24,000 bases of DNA from an uncultured Bacteroidota bacterium (GCA_937873155.1 CALMVZ010000038.1:71959-95958); one strand, 5' to 3'. Shown: positions 1-8,198, counted from the stretch's first letter. Notes: generated from the letters alone by a model not told the origin. Numbers and translations are program-made.

Positions 1-1
1 A

Positions 2-3000
2 ACTTGTCAAACTTTTAACTATGTAGGAACGCCAACGTATACATGGATGCCTGGAGGATTTACTAGTACACTGATAACAATAACTCCTTCCGTTTCACAA
101 ATTTACACCTTAACTTCAAGCTCTGGTTCTGGAATTTGCACGCACACATTTGAAGTCTTTCCTTTACCTTCCCAGTTTTGTAATAGCTGTGATTATGTTT
201 ACAATGGTTCATTTGAATCCTGGGGACCTAATAGTTACTATGGGGTTAACGCTTGTTGGAACTGGAGTGACCCAAGTATGTCAACTTTTTCGGCAACATC
301 TCCACCAACGTCTGCTGCAGGTTATTGTACAGCGTCAAATTACGCTGGCTCTACAAGTGGAGGCGTTCCTACAAATTTTTATCATTCTAATTTACCTGCT
401 AAAACAGGTCGTGCATATATTCATTGCAGGACGCATGGTTTCCCTGGGCCTTCTCCCTATAGCGTTGACCAAAGACATTATGCAGAACAAATGCTTAGGG
501 CGCCCCTTGCTACTGGTCAAACCTATAGTGTTGGGTTCTATATTGCATCTTCTGATTATTGTACTATGGATAAATCCGCAAATTTCGGCGCTTATCTAAG
601 TACTTCTACACTTGTTTTACCTACTTCAAGCTATGGATATGTTTTCCCAACAACATATACCCCTCAAGTTATTTGTACAACAACTGCTATACCATGCTAT
701 ACATGGATCCCAATATCAGGCACTGTAACTGGAGCGGGTCAACAATATCTTACATTAGGTAATTTCTATAATGACGCTGCTACACCAAGTTACTCTAACC
801 CTTGCGCTCCCTGGTGTACAAGCGGTGTAAATAATACGGTTGCAATGATCTATATGGATGATATTACAATAACACCACTTCCAGCAACATTAACAGTCTC
901 AAACCCTACGATAACTAATTGTTCCCAAACAACTGTGACTTTAAGTGCAAATGGTGCTGCGCCAGCTTATACATCTTGGACTGACGGTATAAATACTTAT
1001 ACAGGAGCAGTTGTAGTTGTGCCTGTTCCCACCTTTCCAACTACTTATACCTGTTCCGTTAATTTACCAACTATTGGTTCTTGCAATTTAGGTGGCACTG
1101 TAACAGTTTATAACGCTTGTACCGCATGTTCAACTCCTACAAATGTGTTACCATCCACCCTAACAAGTACTATCCTTAGTACTACATTCTTCGCAATGAA
1201 TAATAATTTGACTATTTATGGAAATGTAACATTTGATAAATGTGAAGTTCAAATTATTAAAACAGCTTCAATAACTGTAACGCCAGGTGCAACACTTAAT
1301 ATTCTTGGAAGTCATCTTTATGCCTGCGGAGATATGTGGCAAGGGATAGATGTCCAACCTGGAGGTGTGATCAATTTAAATACAAGTGGTCCAAAATCTG
1401 CTTTTGTTGAGGATGCTGTAGTAGCAGTAAATATAGCAGGAGGATCAACCCTGACTACAAATATTCTAACTTCTATTTCTACTTCTTATAATAGAAATAA
1501 AACATCTATAAATATTGCGGGTTATTTTCCACAGATCTCCCCATATCCATTTACAATATATGGGAATTTGTTTACAAGCAGAACTATAACCTTCACGGCG
1601 GGATCAATTGTTTGGCCGCATACCAACTCTATAAAAGCAGCTACACAACCAACTACTTCTCCGCTTGAGACGCCATATATAAATAATACAACTTATGTTC
1701 CCACGAACCTGAAAGCACCTTACTCTACTGTAAGACCTGATGTAGGAATTTATTTAGAAAATGTCGGAACCACTATAAATGCTAGCACAACACCAACATA
1801 CTATGGTATTAATATAGGTATCGGAAGCGGGACAAATACATATAACATCTTTGATAATATGTATAGGTGCATCCAAACTAATGATGCAAATATTAGTTGT
1901 ATTAACGGGATTTATCAAAATGTTTTAACTTATGGCAGAGGTGGAGGCTTCGGAGGTATTGGTATAGATGCAAACGCTGCTGCTGCGGCATATAGAATAA
2001 GAGTTAAAGGCCAAACTTCTGCTACTTATATAAATAAATTCTTTAATTGCTGCAGAGCTATAAATACAAATAATTACTTCGAGCATGAAATAACTGACTG
2101 CGATGTAAGAAGTACTATTACTTCTTATACTTTACCTTATACGTTGAATAATATTCCGGGAGCTATTGGCTTTAATATGGTAACATCGCAATACCGCGTT
2201 CTTAATGCAAGCGGAAATCATATTTATAATATAGCCAATGGCATTTTATTTACCGCTGATGTAAATTTATATTGGAATTTACTGATAGGTCGTTATGGCG
2301 GACAAGTAAATATTGATAACAACGAGATCCGTCCGCATTTACCTACTTACGCCGTAACAACTCAATTTGTTGCTTCAGCAATTAGTGCAAATGATGTAAT
2401 GACTTCAACTTCCGGATACAGTGTATTCACTATACCTAGCACAAGTATTTCAATTAACTCAAATACGATAACAGATGTTTGGAATGGTATTTCTCAGACT
2501 AACTTTGGTCAACAACCTGTAACAGCATGGAATAACACAATTACTTTGGTAAACCAGCCTTCATCTGTTGGCCCGCCAACTCAGTGGGGTATTCAAAATA
2601 ACCAATTAAGTAATGCATGGGTGTATCGTAATACAATTACAGGACCAACAACTTATACTGCAGGTTTAATTCGTGGTATTACAACGAGTATGAATAGCAC
2701 CTTAACTGTGAAATGTAATACAACAAACCAGTTAGACAGAGGAATTGAGTTTAATTCTACGCAAGCCAATACTATTTTCTGGGATAATACAATGAGCTCC
2801 CACGTTTATGGTTCAGCAAATGATAACGCAGGTATTATCGGAACACAAGGCTCAACTACAGTACCAACGGATAATCAATGGCCGGGTACTTGGACGGTTC
2901 CTAATTATAAGACCTTCACTAGTAGTACTGCTTCCTCCGCAACTAATTCGCCTTTATATATAAGGTACGCAACTGGTACCTATGATCCTCAAGGTAGCGG

Positions 3001-3937
3001 ATTAACACTTGGATTTCTTGGTATAGATGAATACCATCATACCGGCTCTAATGATAATTTGTTTAACATAACTGGAAGCCCGAGCGCAAGAACATGCCCT
3101 TCTACGCCACTTTGTCCAACCTGCCGAGGAGTTGTGCAAGTTGAACCAATTGCTTCTAATGAACCTTTAATGGAACAATTAGCAAGCGGAAAGATTTCAT
3201 ACAAAAAATACAATAATGAATCACAATACATAAACAAACATATTGTGTTCCGTCAGCTAGCCTCAAAACCAGCAACAAAAAAGCAAGGTTCTAATTCGTC
3301 AGATCTTAATTCGTTCTATAATTCAAATGCTAGAACAAATATTAACGAATTAAATGAGATAGAAATTGATTTGTTAAGCGGAGATTTTAACGCCGTAAAT
3401 ACAAAACTTGCAGACTTTGTACCTGAAAATGCTATTGAGAATAATTATTTAAATTATTACAAGGGCTACCTAAATAGTAAACAGGGTAATTTCACTTCTA
3501 CCGATAGTTTGAACTTAACATCGCTGGCAAATGGATGCCCTTTTACAGATGGTGGTGTGGTATATCAGGCACGAGCTTTATACAATGTTGTATTTGATAC
3601 TTACAGGATTTTTTACGATATTTGTTATACAGACAGCACAAGCGAACGCCTGATCAGTGGCAACGAAGAAAAAGCAATTAGCGTTGTTAAATTTAGCAGG
3701 GTATATCCCAACCCAACAGCCGGTTTAGTAAATGTTGTAGTAACAAATGCCAAAGATAAGGAAGAAGTAAGTGCAGAAGTGTTTGATATTACAGGAAAAT
3801 CAATTTATAGTTCCAAGCAATTTTTAAATAGTGGAACTATAATATTAAATCCTGATTTAAGTAGTGGAACTTATTTATTAAAAATAAAACTTAGTGATGG
3901 CACAATGGACGTCCATCGTTTGATTATAAGTAAATAA
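2..3937 (+). CDS. Very large secreted beta-helix / Ig-like repeat protein with a T9SS C-terminal sorting domain (5' partial; N-terminus lies outside the window)
   Basis: The frame stays open to the window edge (TCQTFNYVGTPTYTW precedes the first Met). It carries an internal copy of the module shared with the next two genes (NGSFESW...YLTLGNFYNDAAT...YMDDITI). Asn/Thr-rich turns (NNEIRP, INSNTITD, WNNTITL, YRNTITG, WDNTMS) resemble parallel beta-helix repeats. The C-terminus VYPNPTAGLVNV...SGTYLLKIKLSDGTMDVHRLIISK fits the T9SS type-A sorting pattern. Confidence 0.85.
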   Translation, partial: TCQTFNYVGTPTYTWMPGGFTSTLITITPSVSQIYTLTSSSGSGICTHTFEVFPLPSQFCNSCDYVYNGSFESWGPNSYYGVNACWNWSDPSMSTFSATSPPTSAAGYCTASNYAGSTSGGVPTNFYHSNLPAKTGRAYIHCRTHGFPGPSPYSVDQRHYAEQMLRAPLATGQTYSVGFYIASSDYCTMDKSANFGAYLSTSTLVLPTSSYGYVFPTTYTPQVICTTTAIPCYTWIPISGTVTGAGQQYLTLGNFYNDAATPSYSNPCAPWCTSGVNNTVAMIYMDDITITPLPATLTVSNPTITNCSQTTVTLSANGAAPAYTSWTDGINTYTGAVVVVPVPTFPTTYTCSVNLPTIGSCNLGGTVTVYNACTACSTPTNVLPSTLTSTILSTTFFAMNNNLTIYGNVTFDKCEVQIIKTASITVTPGATLNILGSHLYACGDMWQGIDVQPGGVINLNTSGPKSAFVEDAVVAVNIAGGSTLTTNILTSISTSYNRNKTSINIAGYFPQISPYPFTIYGNLFTSRTITFTAGSIVWPHTNSIKAATQPTTSPLETPYINNTTYVPTNLKAPYSTVRPDVGIYLENVGTTINASTTPTYYGINIGIGSGTNTYNIFDNMYRCIQTNDANISCINGIYQNVLTYGRGGGFGGIGIDANAAAAAYRIRVKGQTSATYINKFFNCCRAINTNNYFEHEITDCDVRSTITSYTLPYTLNNIPGAIGFNMVTSQYRVLNASGNHIYNIANGILFTADVNLYWNLLIGRYGGQVNIDNNEIRPHLPTYAVTTQFVASAISANDVMTSTSGYSVFTIPSTSISINSNTITDVWNGISQTNFGQQPVTAWNNTITLVNQPSSVGPPTQWGIQNNQLSNAWVYRNTITGPTTYTAGLIRGITTSMNSTLTVKCNTTNQLDRGIEFNSTQANTIFWDNTMSSHVYGSANDNAGIIGTQGSTTVPTDNQWPGTWTVPNYKTFTSSTASSATNSPLYIRYATGTYDPQGSGLTLGFLGIDEYHHTGSNDNLFNITGSPSARTCPSTPLCPTCRGVVQVEPIASNEPLMEQLASGKISYKKYNNESQYINKHIVFRQLASKPATKKQGSNSSDLNSFYNSNARTNINELNEIEIDLLSGDFNAVNTKLADFVPENAIENNYLNYYKGYLNSKQGNFTSTDSLNLTSLANGCPFTDGGVVYQARALYNVVFDTYRIFYDICYTDSTSERLISGNEEKAISVVKFSRVYPNPTAGLVNVVVTNAKDKEEVSAEVFDITGKSIYSSKQFLNSGTIILNPDLSSGTYLLKIKLSDGTMDVHRLIISK

Positions 3938-3938
3938 A

Positions 3939-5123
3939 TTGTTTGATTTAAAAAGAATAGTTGTTTTAGTTTTATTGATTCAATGCTTCGGATTGGGCGC
4001 TCAAAACTTAGTACCCAATCCGAGTTTTGAAACTTATACTACTTGTCCAACTATGAACAGTCAAATAGGATTAGCAGTTCCTTGGCTTGGCACTAATAAT
4101 AACACAGATTACTATAATTCATGTGCTCCGAGCGCTCCTTTAAACGTTCCTTATGCAGGCATAGGGTTTCAGTACGCAAGAACTGGAAATGCTTTCGCTG
4201 GTCAGTGGTTTATGAATGGATATGGTGGAAATTATAGAGAATATTTGCAAGTGCAATTAACTAATACTCTTGCAACCGGTGATTGTTATTTAGTAAAGTT
4301 TTATGTTAGTAATCAAGGAACAGGATTAAAATATGCAATTAATAATTTCGCTGCATATATCTCTAGTAGCAGCTTCGCAACTACAGGCAGTCCGGCAACA
4401 TCATACACTCCGCAAATTTACTTGGTAAATAATCCTATTATAAAAGATTCATTGAACTGGCGAGAGATCGGAGGAATTTATACCGCCGCAGGAGGAGAGA
4501 GTTATATTACGATTGGTAACTTTAAGAACGATGCTAATACAGACACTCTAAGTACAAATTATGGTAGCTATAGTGGAGGGTATTATTTTGTTGACGACGT
4601 TTCAGTTGAGAAAATTACTACGCCCATTTGGCCGCTTAAAGATACAATGATAATTGGCGGTGATAGCGTTTTAATTGGGTCTTTGTATAGTGGGTTAAAT
4701 TGTACTTGGTTTGATATGATCGGCACACCGTTAGGAAGCGGAGCAGGAATTTGGGTTAAACCTACAGTTACTACAAGCTATGTTATGCAACAAACTTTTT
4801 GTAATAACACATTTTCTGATACTGTTACTGTTTATGTGAGTGCGTTGAGTGTAAAAGAAAATAAAAATAAAAATTTTAAAGTAAATGTTTATCCAAATCC
4901 CGCGGATAACTTAATCAATATCGAACTCATAAACGCGATATATAAAGATGAGCTTACTATTGAGTTGCTCGATCTGACAGGAAGATCAGTATATAAAACC
5001 AAACAAACTACCGGCTCCAAAACAATTACTGTGCATCCCGATCTGAACAGTGGTACTTATTTAATAAAAATCAAACTTAACGATGGTACAACAGATGTTC
5101 ATCGTTTGGTTATAAGCAGATAG
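3939..5123 (+). CDS. Secreted T9SS cargo protein, paralog 2 (N-terminal QNLVPNPSFE module plus Ig-like region plus T9SS sorting domain)
   Basis: TTG start one nt after the upstream TAA. An in-frame stop at 3927-3929 leaves TTG as the only start that keeps the signal peptide (FDLKRIVVLVLLIQCFGLGAQN). The C-terminus is VYPNPADNLINIEL...SGTYLIKIKLNDGTTDVHRLVISR. Confidence 0.85.
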   Translation: MFDLKRIVVLVLLIQCFGLGAQNLVPNPSFETYTTCPTMNSQIGLAVPWLGTNNNTDYYNSCAPSAPLNVPYAGIGFQYARTGNAFAGQWFMNGYGGNYREYLQVQLTNTLATGDCYLVKFYVSNQGTGLKYAINNFAAYISSSSFATTGSPATSYTPQIYLVNNPIIKDSLNWREIGGIYTAAGGESYITIGNFKNDANTDTLSTNYGSYSGGYYFVDDVSVEKITTPIWPLKDTMIIGGDSVLIGSLYSGLNCTWFDMIGTPLGSGAGIWVKPTVTTSYVMQQTFCNNTFSDTVTVYVSALSVKENKNKNFKVNVYPNPADNLINIELINAIYKDELTIELLDLTGRSVYKTKQTTGSKTITVHPDLNSGTYLIKIKLNDGTTDVHRLVISR

Positions 5124-5124
5124 T

Positions 5125-6324
5125 TTGTTTAAGTTAAAAAGAATAATTGTTTTAATTTCTTTTATTCAATACTTCGGGTTGGGGGCTCAGAATTTAGTAC
5201 CCAATCCGAGTTTTGAAACATACACTACGTGTCCTACTGGCGGGGGTCAAATAAATTATGCTGTTCCTTGGGTCGGTCAAACAAGTTCCGCTACGACTGA
5301 TTATTTTAATGCTTGTGCTGTCCCCGGTCTAAGTGTTCCTTATGCTGCTCATGGGTTTCAGTATGCTAAGAATGGCAATTCAATGGCGGGATTTTGGCTA
5401 TATACTCCTCTTTCATCCAACTCTAGAGAGTATGCTCAAGTAATGTTGATTGACACTCTAAGTTTAAATAAATGTTATTATGTTGAGTATTTCGTAAACT
5501 TGGGAAATCAATCAAGATGGGCAATAAATAATGTTGCTGCAAACTTTTCTAAAATTCAATACACCACAACTGGAACAGGAGCTTTATTGAACCTCCCTCA
5601 ACATATTACAAATAATCCTAATGCAAGAATTAAAGACACTTTGAATTGGACAAAAGTATCTGGTATGTATGTTGCGGGGGGAGGGGAAAAATATTTAACT
5701 ATTGGTAATTTTAAAGATGATGCTAATACTGATACAGTGCAAGTGTCGTCTGTAGGAGCCAATTATGGCGCGGTTTATTTTCTTGACGCCGTCTCAATTT
5801 TCTCAATAAATCCAACTGGTATTTTACCTTGGACCTATAATGATGCAAGTGTTGCACTTGGCGATAGCGTTTACATTGGTAACACAATGGGTGGTACTTT
5901 TACAAGCAACTGGTACACATATAGCGGCTCATTTATAAATAGCGGTTCAGGTATTTATGTTAAACCTGTTACAACAAGTACTTATGTAGTGCAGTTTACT
6001 GTTTGCGGTGTTCCGAGAAGTGATACTTTAACTGTTACTGTAACAGGAGTTGGGATTGATGAATTAAGAATTAAGAGTGAAGAATTAAGAATTATGCCAA
6101 ATCCGAACAGTGGAGTTTTTGAGGTGGAGATCTTGACTAGCGAATTAAGAATTAAGGATGAAGAATTAAGAGTTACAAATGTGTTAGGTCAAGAGATAAA
6201 AAGGGAAAAACTTTTAAGTAAAATACAGAAGATTAATTTAGAAGAATTTGAAAGCGGAATTTATTACCTACATATTGTCAGTAAGGGAACGACCGTTAGT
6301 ACAAAAAAGATCATTAAACTGTAA
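5125..6324 (+). CDS. Secreted T9SS cargo protein, paralog 3 (same N-terminal module, divergent sorting domain carrying ELRIK repeats)
   Basis: TTG start one nt after the upstream TAG. Signal peptide FKLKRIIVLISFIQYFGLGAQN. The first ~40 aa are nearly identical to paralog 2. The C-terminus is IMPNPNSGVFEVEI...NVLGQEI...SGIYYLHIVSKG. Confidence 0.85.
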   Translation: MFKLKRIIVLISFIQYFGLGAQNLVPNPSFETYTTCPTGGGQINYAVPWVGQTSSATTDYFNACAVPGLSVPYAAHGFQYAKNGNSMAGFWLYTPLSSNSREYAQVMLIDTLSLNKCYYVEYFVNLGNQSRWAINNVAANFSKIQYTTTGTGALLNLPQHITNNPNARIKDTLNWTKVSGMYVAGGGEKYLTIGNFKDDANTDTVQVSSVGANYGAVYFLDAVSIFSINPTGILPWTYNDASVALGDSVYIGNTMGGTFTSNWYTYSGSFINSGSGIYVKPVTTSTYVVQFTVCGVPRSDTLTVTVTGVGIDELRIKSEELRIMPNPNSGVFEVEILTSELRIKDEELRVTNVLGQEIKREKLLSKIQKINLEEFESGIYYLHIVSKGTTVSTKKIIKL

Positions 6325-6409
6325 ATTGTTACTCCTCCCCTTTGGGGAGGTTGGGTGGGGCTGTAAAGACCGATAAATTGCTTATCATAAAATAAAATCG
6401 TAAATTTAA

Positions 6410-6433
6410 GGGAGGTTAAGCCTCCCTTTTTTT
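6410..6433 (+). terminator. Rho-independent terminator of the T9SS cargo gene array
   Basis: GGGAGG (6410-6415), loop TTAAG, CCTCCC (6421-6426), then a T7 run. Confidence 0.75.
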
Positions 6434-6434
6434 A

Positions 6435-6600
6435 ATGAAAAAATTATTTTTCATATTTTGCTTTCCTCAACCCTTGTTAATTCTCAAAACTTAGTGCCTA
6501 ATTAGAGTTTTGAGTCTTATACCTCTTGCCCAATTGGTAGTAGCCGGTTTAACGCTGTATTCCTTGGTATGGTACTAATAATGCTTCTGTGATTTTAATT
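6435..6600 (+). pseudogene. Decayed 5' fragment of a fourth member of the QNLVPNPSFE cargo family
   Basis: ATG plus a signal-peptide-like start (MKKLFFIFCF). The DNA is then clearly homologous to paralogs 2 and 3 (tctcaaaacttagtgcctaatTAGagttttgagtcttatacctcttgccca vs gctcaaaacttagtacccaatCCGagttttgaaacttatactacttgtcca). It carries a frame change, an in-frame TAG and further indels, and homology is lost by ~6600. Confidence 0.8.
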
Positions 6601-6603
6601 TTA

Positions 6604-6637
6604 TTTAAAAGAACCACCGGCTCTCCCAACCGATGGT
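6604..6637 (-). terminator. Putative terminator of the FN3 gene
   Basis: On the minus strand ACCAUCGG pairs with CCGGUGGU (8 bp, one G-U; arms at 6613-6620 and 6630-6637; 9-nt loop). It is followed by UUCUUUUAAA, 16 nt downstream of the stop. Confidence 0.55.
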
Positions 6638-6652
6638 CCTTTGTTCAGGGGT

Positions 6653-7315
6653 TTACTTAGCTTTAGCAATAATAAGATCGCTATAGGCACCGTAACCACC
6701 CGCACCAACTGCAAATACCCTGAAAGCGTATTTAGCGCCGCTGATCAAACCTGTAACTGTAAAACTTGTTTTGGTAACAATAATTACAGTTGACCAGATC
6801 GCTGCTGATGTCGGGTTGCTGCCGCCAACAATCCGGCCGCTTTGCAGCAGGTTAGGATCGTCGGTTTGTTCGATCACATACACGTTAGCATGAGATGCTT
6901 TGTCCCAGCTCAATTTAACCTCACCGTCGTTGGCAGCATTGCCTGTACCTAAATTAAGCGGTACACCCGGAACCTGTGGCGGTGTTTTGTCGTTTTTAAC
7001 ACCCATGCCTGAACTAAGAATTTTAGCAGGGTCGTTATTAGATGCATTCTCAACATACAATGCTAATTGAGTCAGCAAATTGTCGAGGTTCGCTTCAGCG
7101 GCCCGTGCCAAAGCTACTTTTGTTTTACCTCTGTCCTGTGCATTCTGCAATGCAGTGTCAAGCGCATTGGTTGCTGTTGTAACCGTGCCTAAACTTGGAA
7201 AAGGTGATGTGAAATTAGAGTTGCCTGTCATTGCTAATACAATAGCGCGTGCCAGCTCAACTTTGTCTGGGGCTGAAAATTTTCTCAAGCCCAGACGGAT
7301 CTTTACTTTCTTCAT
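6653..7315 (-). CDS. Hypothetical protein: helical N-terminal half plus a C-terminal fibronectin type III domain, with no signal peptide
   Basis: Start moved to MKKVKIRLGL (ATG at 7315-7313) rather than the upstream Met of the ORF track. FN3-like C-terminus: PGVPLNLGTGNAANDGEVKLSWDKASHANVYVIEQ...TSFTVTGLISGAKYAFRVFAVGAGGYGAYSD. Confidence 0.75.
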   Translation of the reverse strand: MKKVKIRLGLRKFSAPDKVELARAIVLAMTGNSNFTSPFPSLGTVTTATNALDTALQNAQDRGKTKVALARAAEANLDNLLTQLALYVENASNNDPAKILSSGMGVKNDKTPPQVPGVPLNLGTGNAANDGEVKLSWDKASHANVYVIEQTDDPNLLQSGRIVGGSNPTSAAIWSTVIIVTKTSFTVTGLISGAKYAFRVFAVGAGGYGAYSDLIIAKAK

Positions 7316-7379
7316 GATTTCTGAAAAGTAATGGGTCAGAAGTAAAGCAGCCTGCACGTACCATGTTTCCTTACTTCAA

Positions 7380-7396
7380 ACGTTAATTATTAACGT
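7380..7396. promoter_or_regulatory. Candidate operator palindrome upstream of the FN3 gene
   Basis: ACGTTAAT-t-ATTAACGT, perfect 8+8 bp arms, about 65 nt upstream of the FN3 start codon. Confidence 0.3.
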
Positions 7397-7631
7397 ACAA
7401 ACTGTGTTAGTAAAAGTGTTATCATCCGTTTTAATAAATTAAAACTTCGCTGCCTTTTTTGGCACGCAACACTAATAAAACTGGAAACGCATTGTGGGGA
7501 GATTTCCCGGGAGAGGGTTTTACCGTATTACGGTAAAGTTTACATGCTTATACAACGCAGTGGTGCTGTAGGTTGCAGAACATCGTGTTTTTTTTATTGT
7601 TTTAACAACTAAAACATTACAGGCAGTTGTT

Positions 7632-8085
7632 TTTTCAGAAAAGCATACATGAAAAAAGTCCAGGATCAAATGCTTTGCTTCCGTGCAATGTAGTTTAAGA
7701 GTAAAGCATACATGAAAAAAGTACAGGACCAAATGCTTTGCTTCCATTCAATACAGTTTAAGAGTAAAGCATACATGAAAAAAGTACAGGATCAAATGCT
7801 GTACTTCAATACTATGTAGTTTAAGAGTAAAGCATATATGAAAAAAGTACAGGATCAAATGCATTGTCTCAATACCATGTATCTTATTAGTAAAGCATAC
7901 ATGCTTTGGTCCAGGGATGATCTGCCTTACATCAATGCAATATAGCTTTAAAGCAAAGCATACATGAAAACATCATTGGATTAACTATTCTGCTCTGGTT
8001 CAGAGTAGTTAAAGAGTAAAGCATATATGTTCCCGGAGCTGATGATCAGTTTTGAACCGCGGGTTATAGTCTGTTTTAAAAAGTC
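7632..8085. repeat. 63-bp phased tandem array, 7 units, non-coding
   Basis: The core AAGCATA[C/T]ATG begins at 7641, 7704, 7767, 7830, 7893, 7956 and 8019, each exactly 63 nt apart. Units 1-4 are near-identical over their full length. Units 5-7 keep mainly the core and phase. Confidence 0.9.
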
Positions 8086-8198
8086 GTGAATAGAGCGATA
8101 ACAGGATTTTTGTTCAGTAATGGTCAATAAAACGTTAAGGAGGCAGGTGGATAAGATTAATTTTCTATATTAGTAGTCCAATTAAAATCTACACTAGT

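Noticed and set aside
7520-7747. 75-aa minus-strand ORF from the ORF track, and the 61-aa plus-strand ORF at 21333-21518
   Set aside because: Both are read through tandem repeat DNA or the POT start region. Their repetitive, low-complexity translations have no start context and are most likely artefacts.
7649-7955. Tandem mini-ORFs starting at each unit's ATG (MKKVQDQMLCFRAM*, MKKVQDQMLYFNTM*, longer read-through versions), considered as possible peptide precursors
   Set aside because: A 63-bp period preserves frame automatically. Stop positions differ between units. Units 5-7 diverge immediately after the ATG. No modifying enzyme or transporter genes are adjacent. I cannot support translation from sequence alone.
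7632-8085. CRISPR array interpretation of the 63-bp array (period similar to repeat plus spacer)
   Set aside because: The conserved core is only ~12-17 nt. The 'spacer' parts of units 1-4 are homologous to each other rather than unique. There are no cas genes or a leader in the window.
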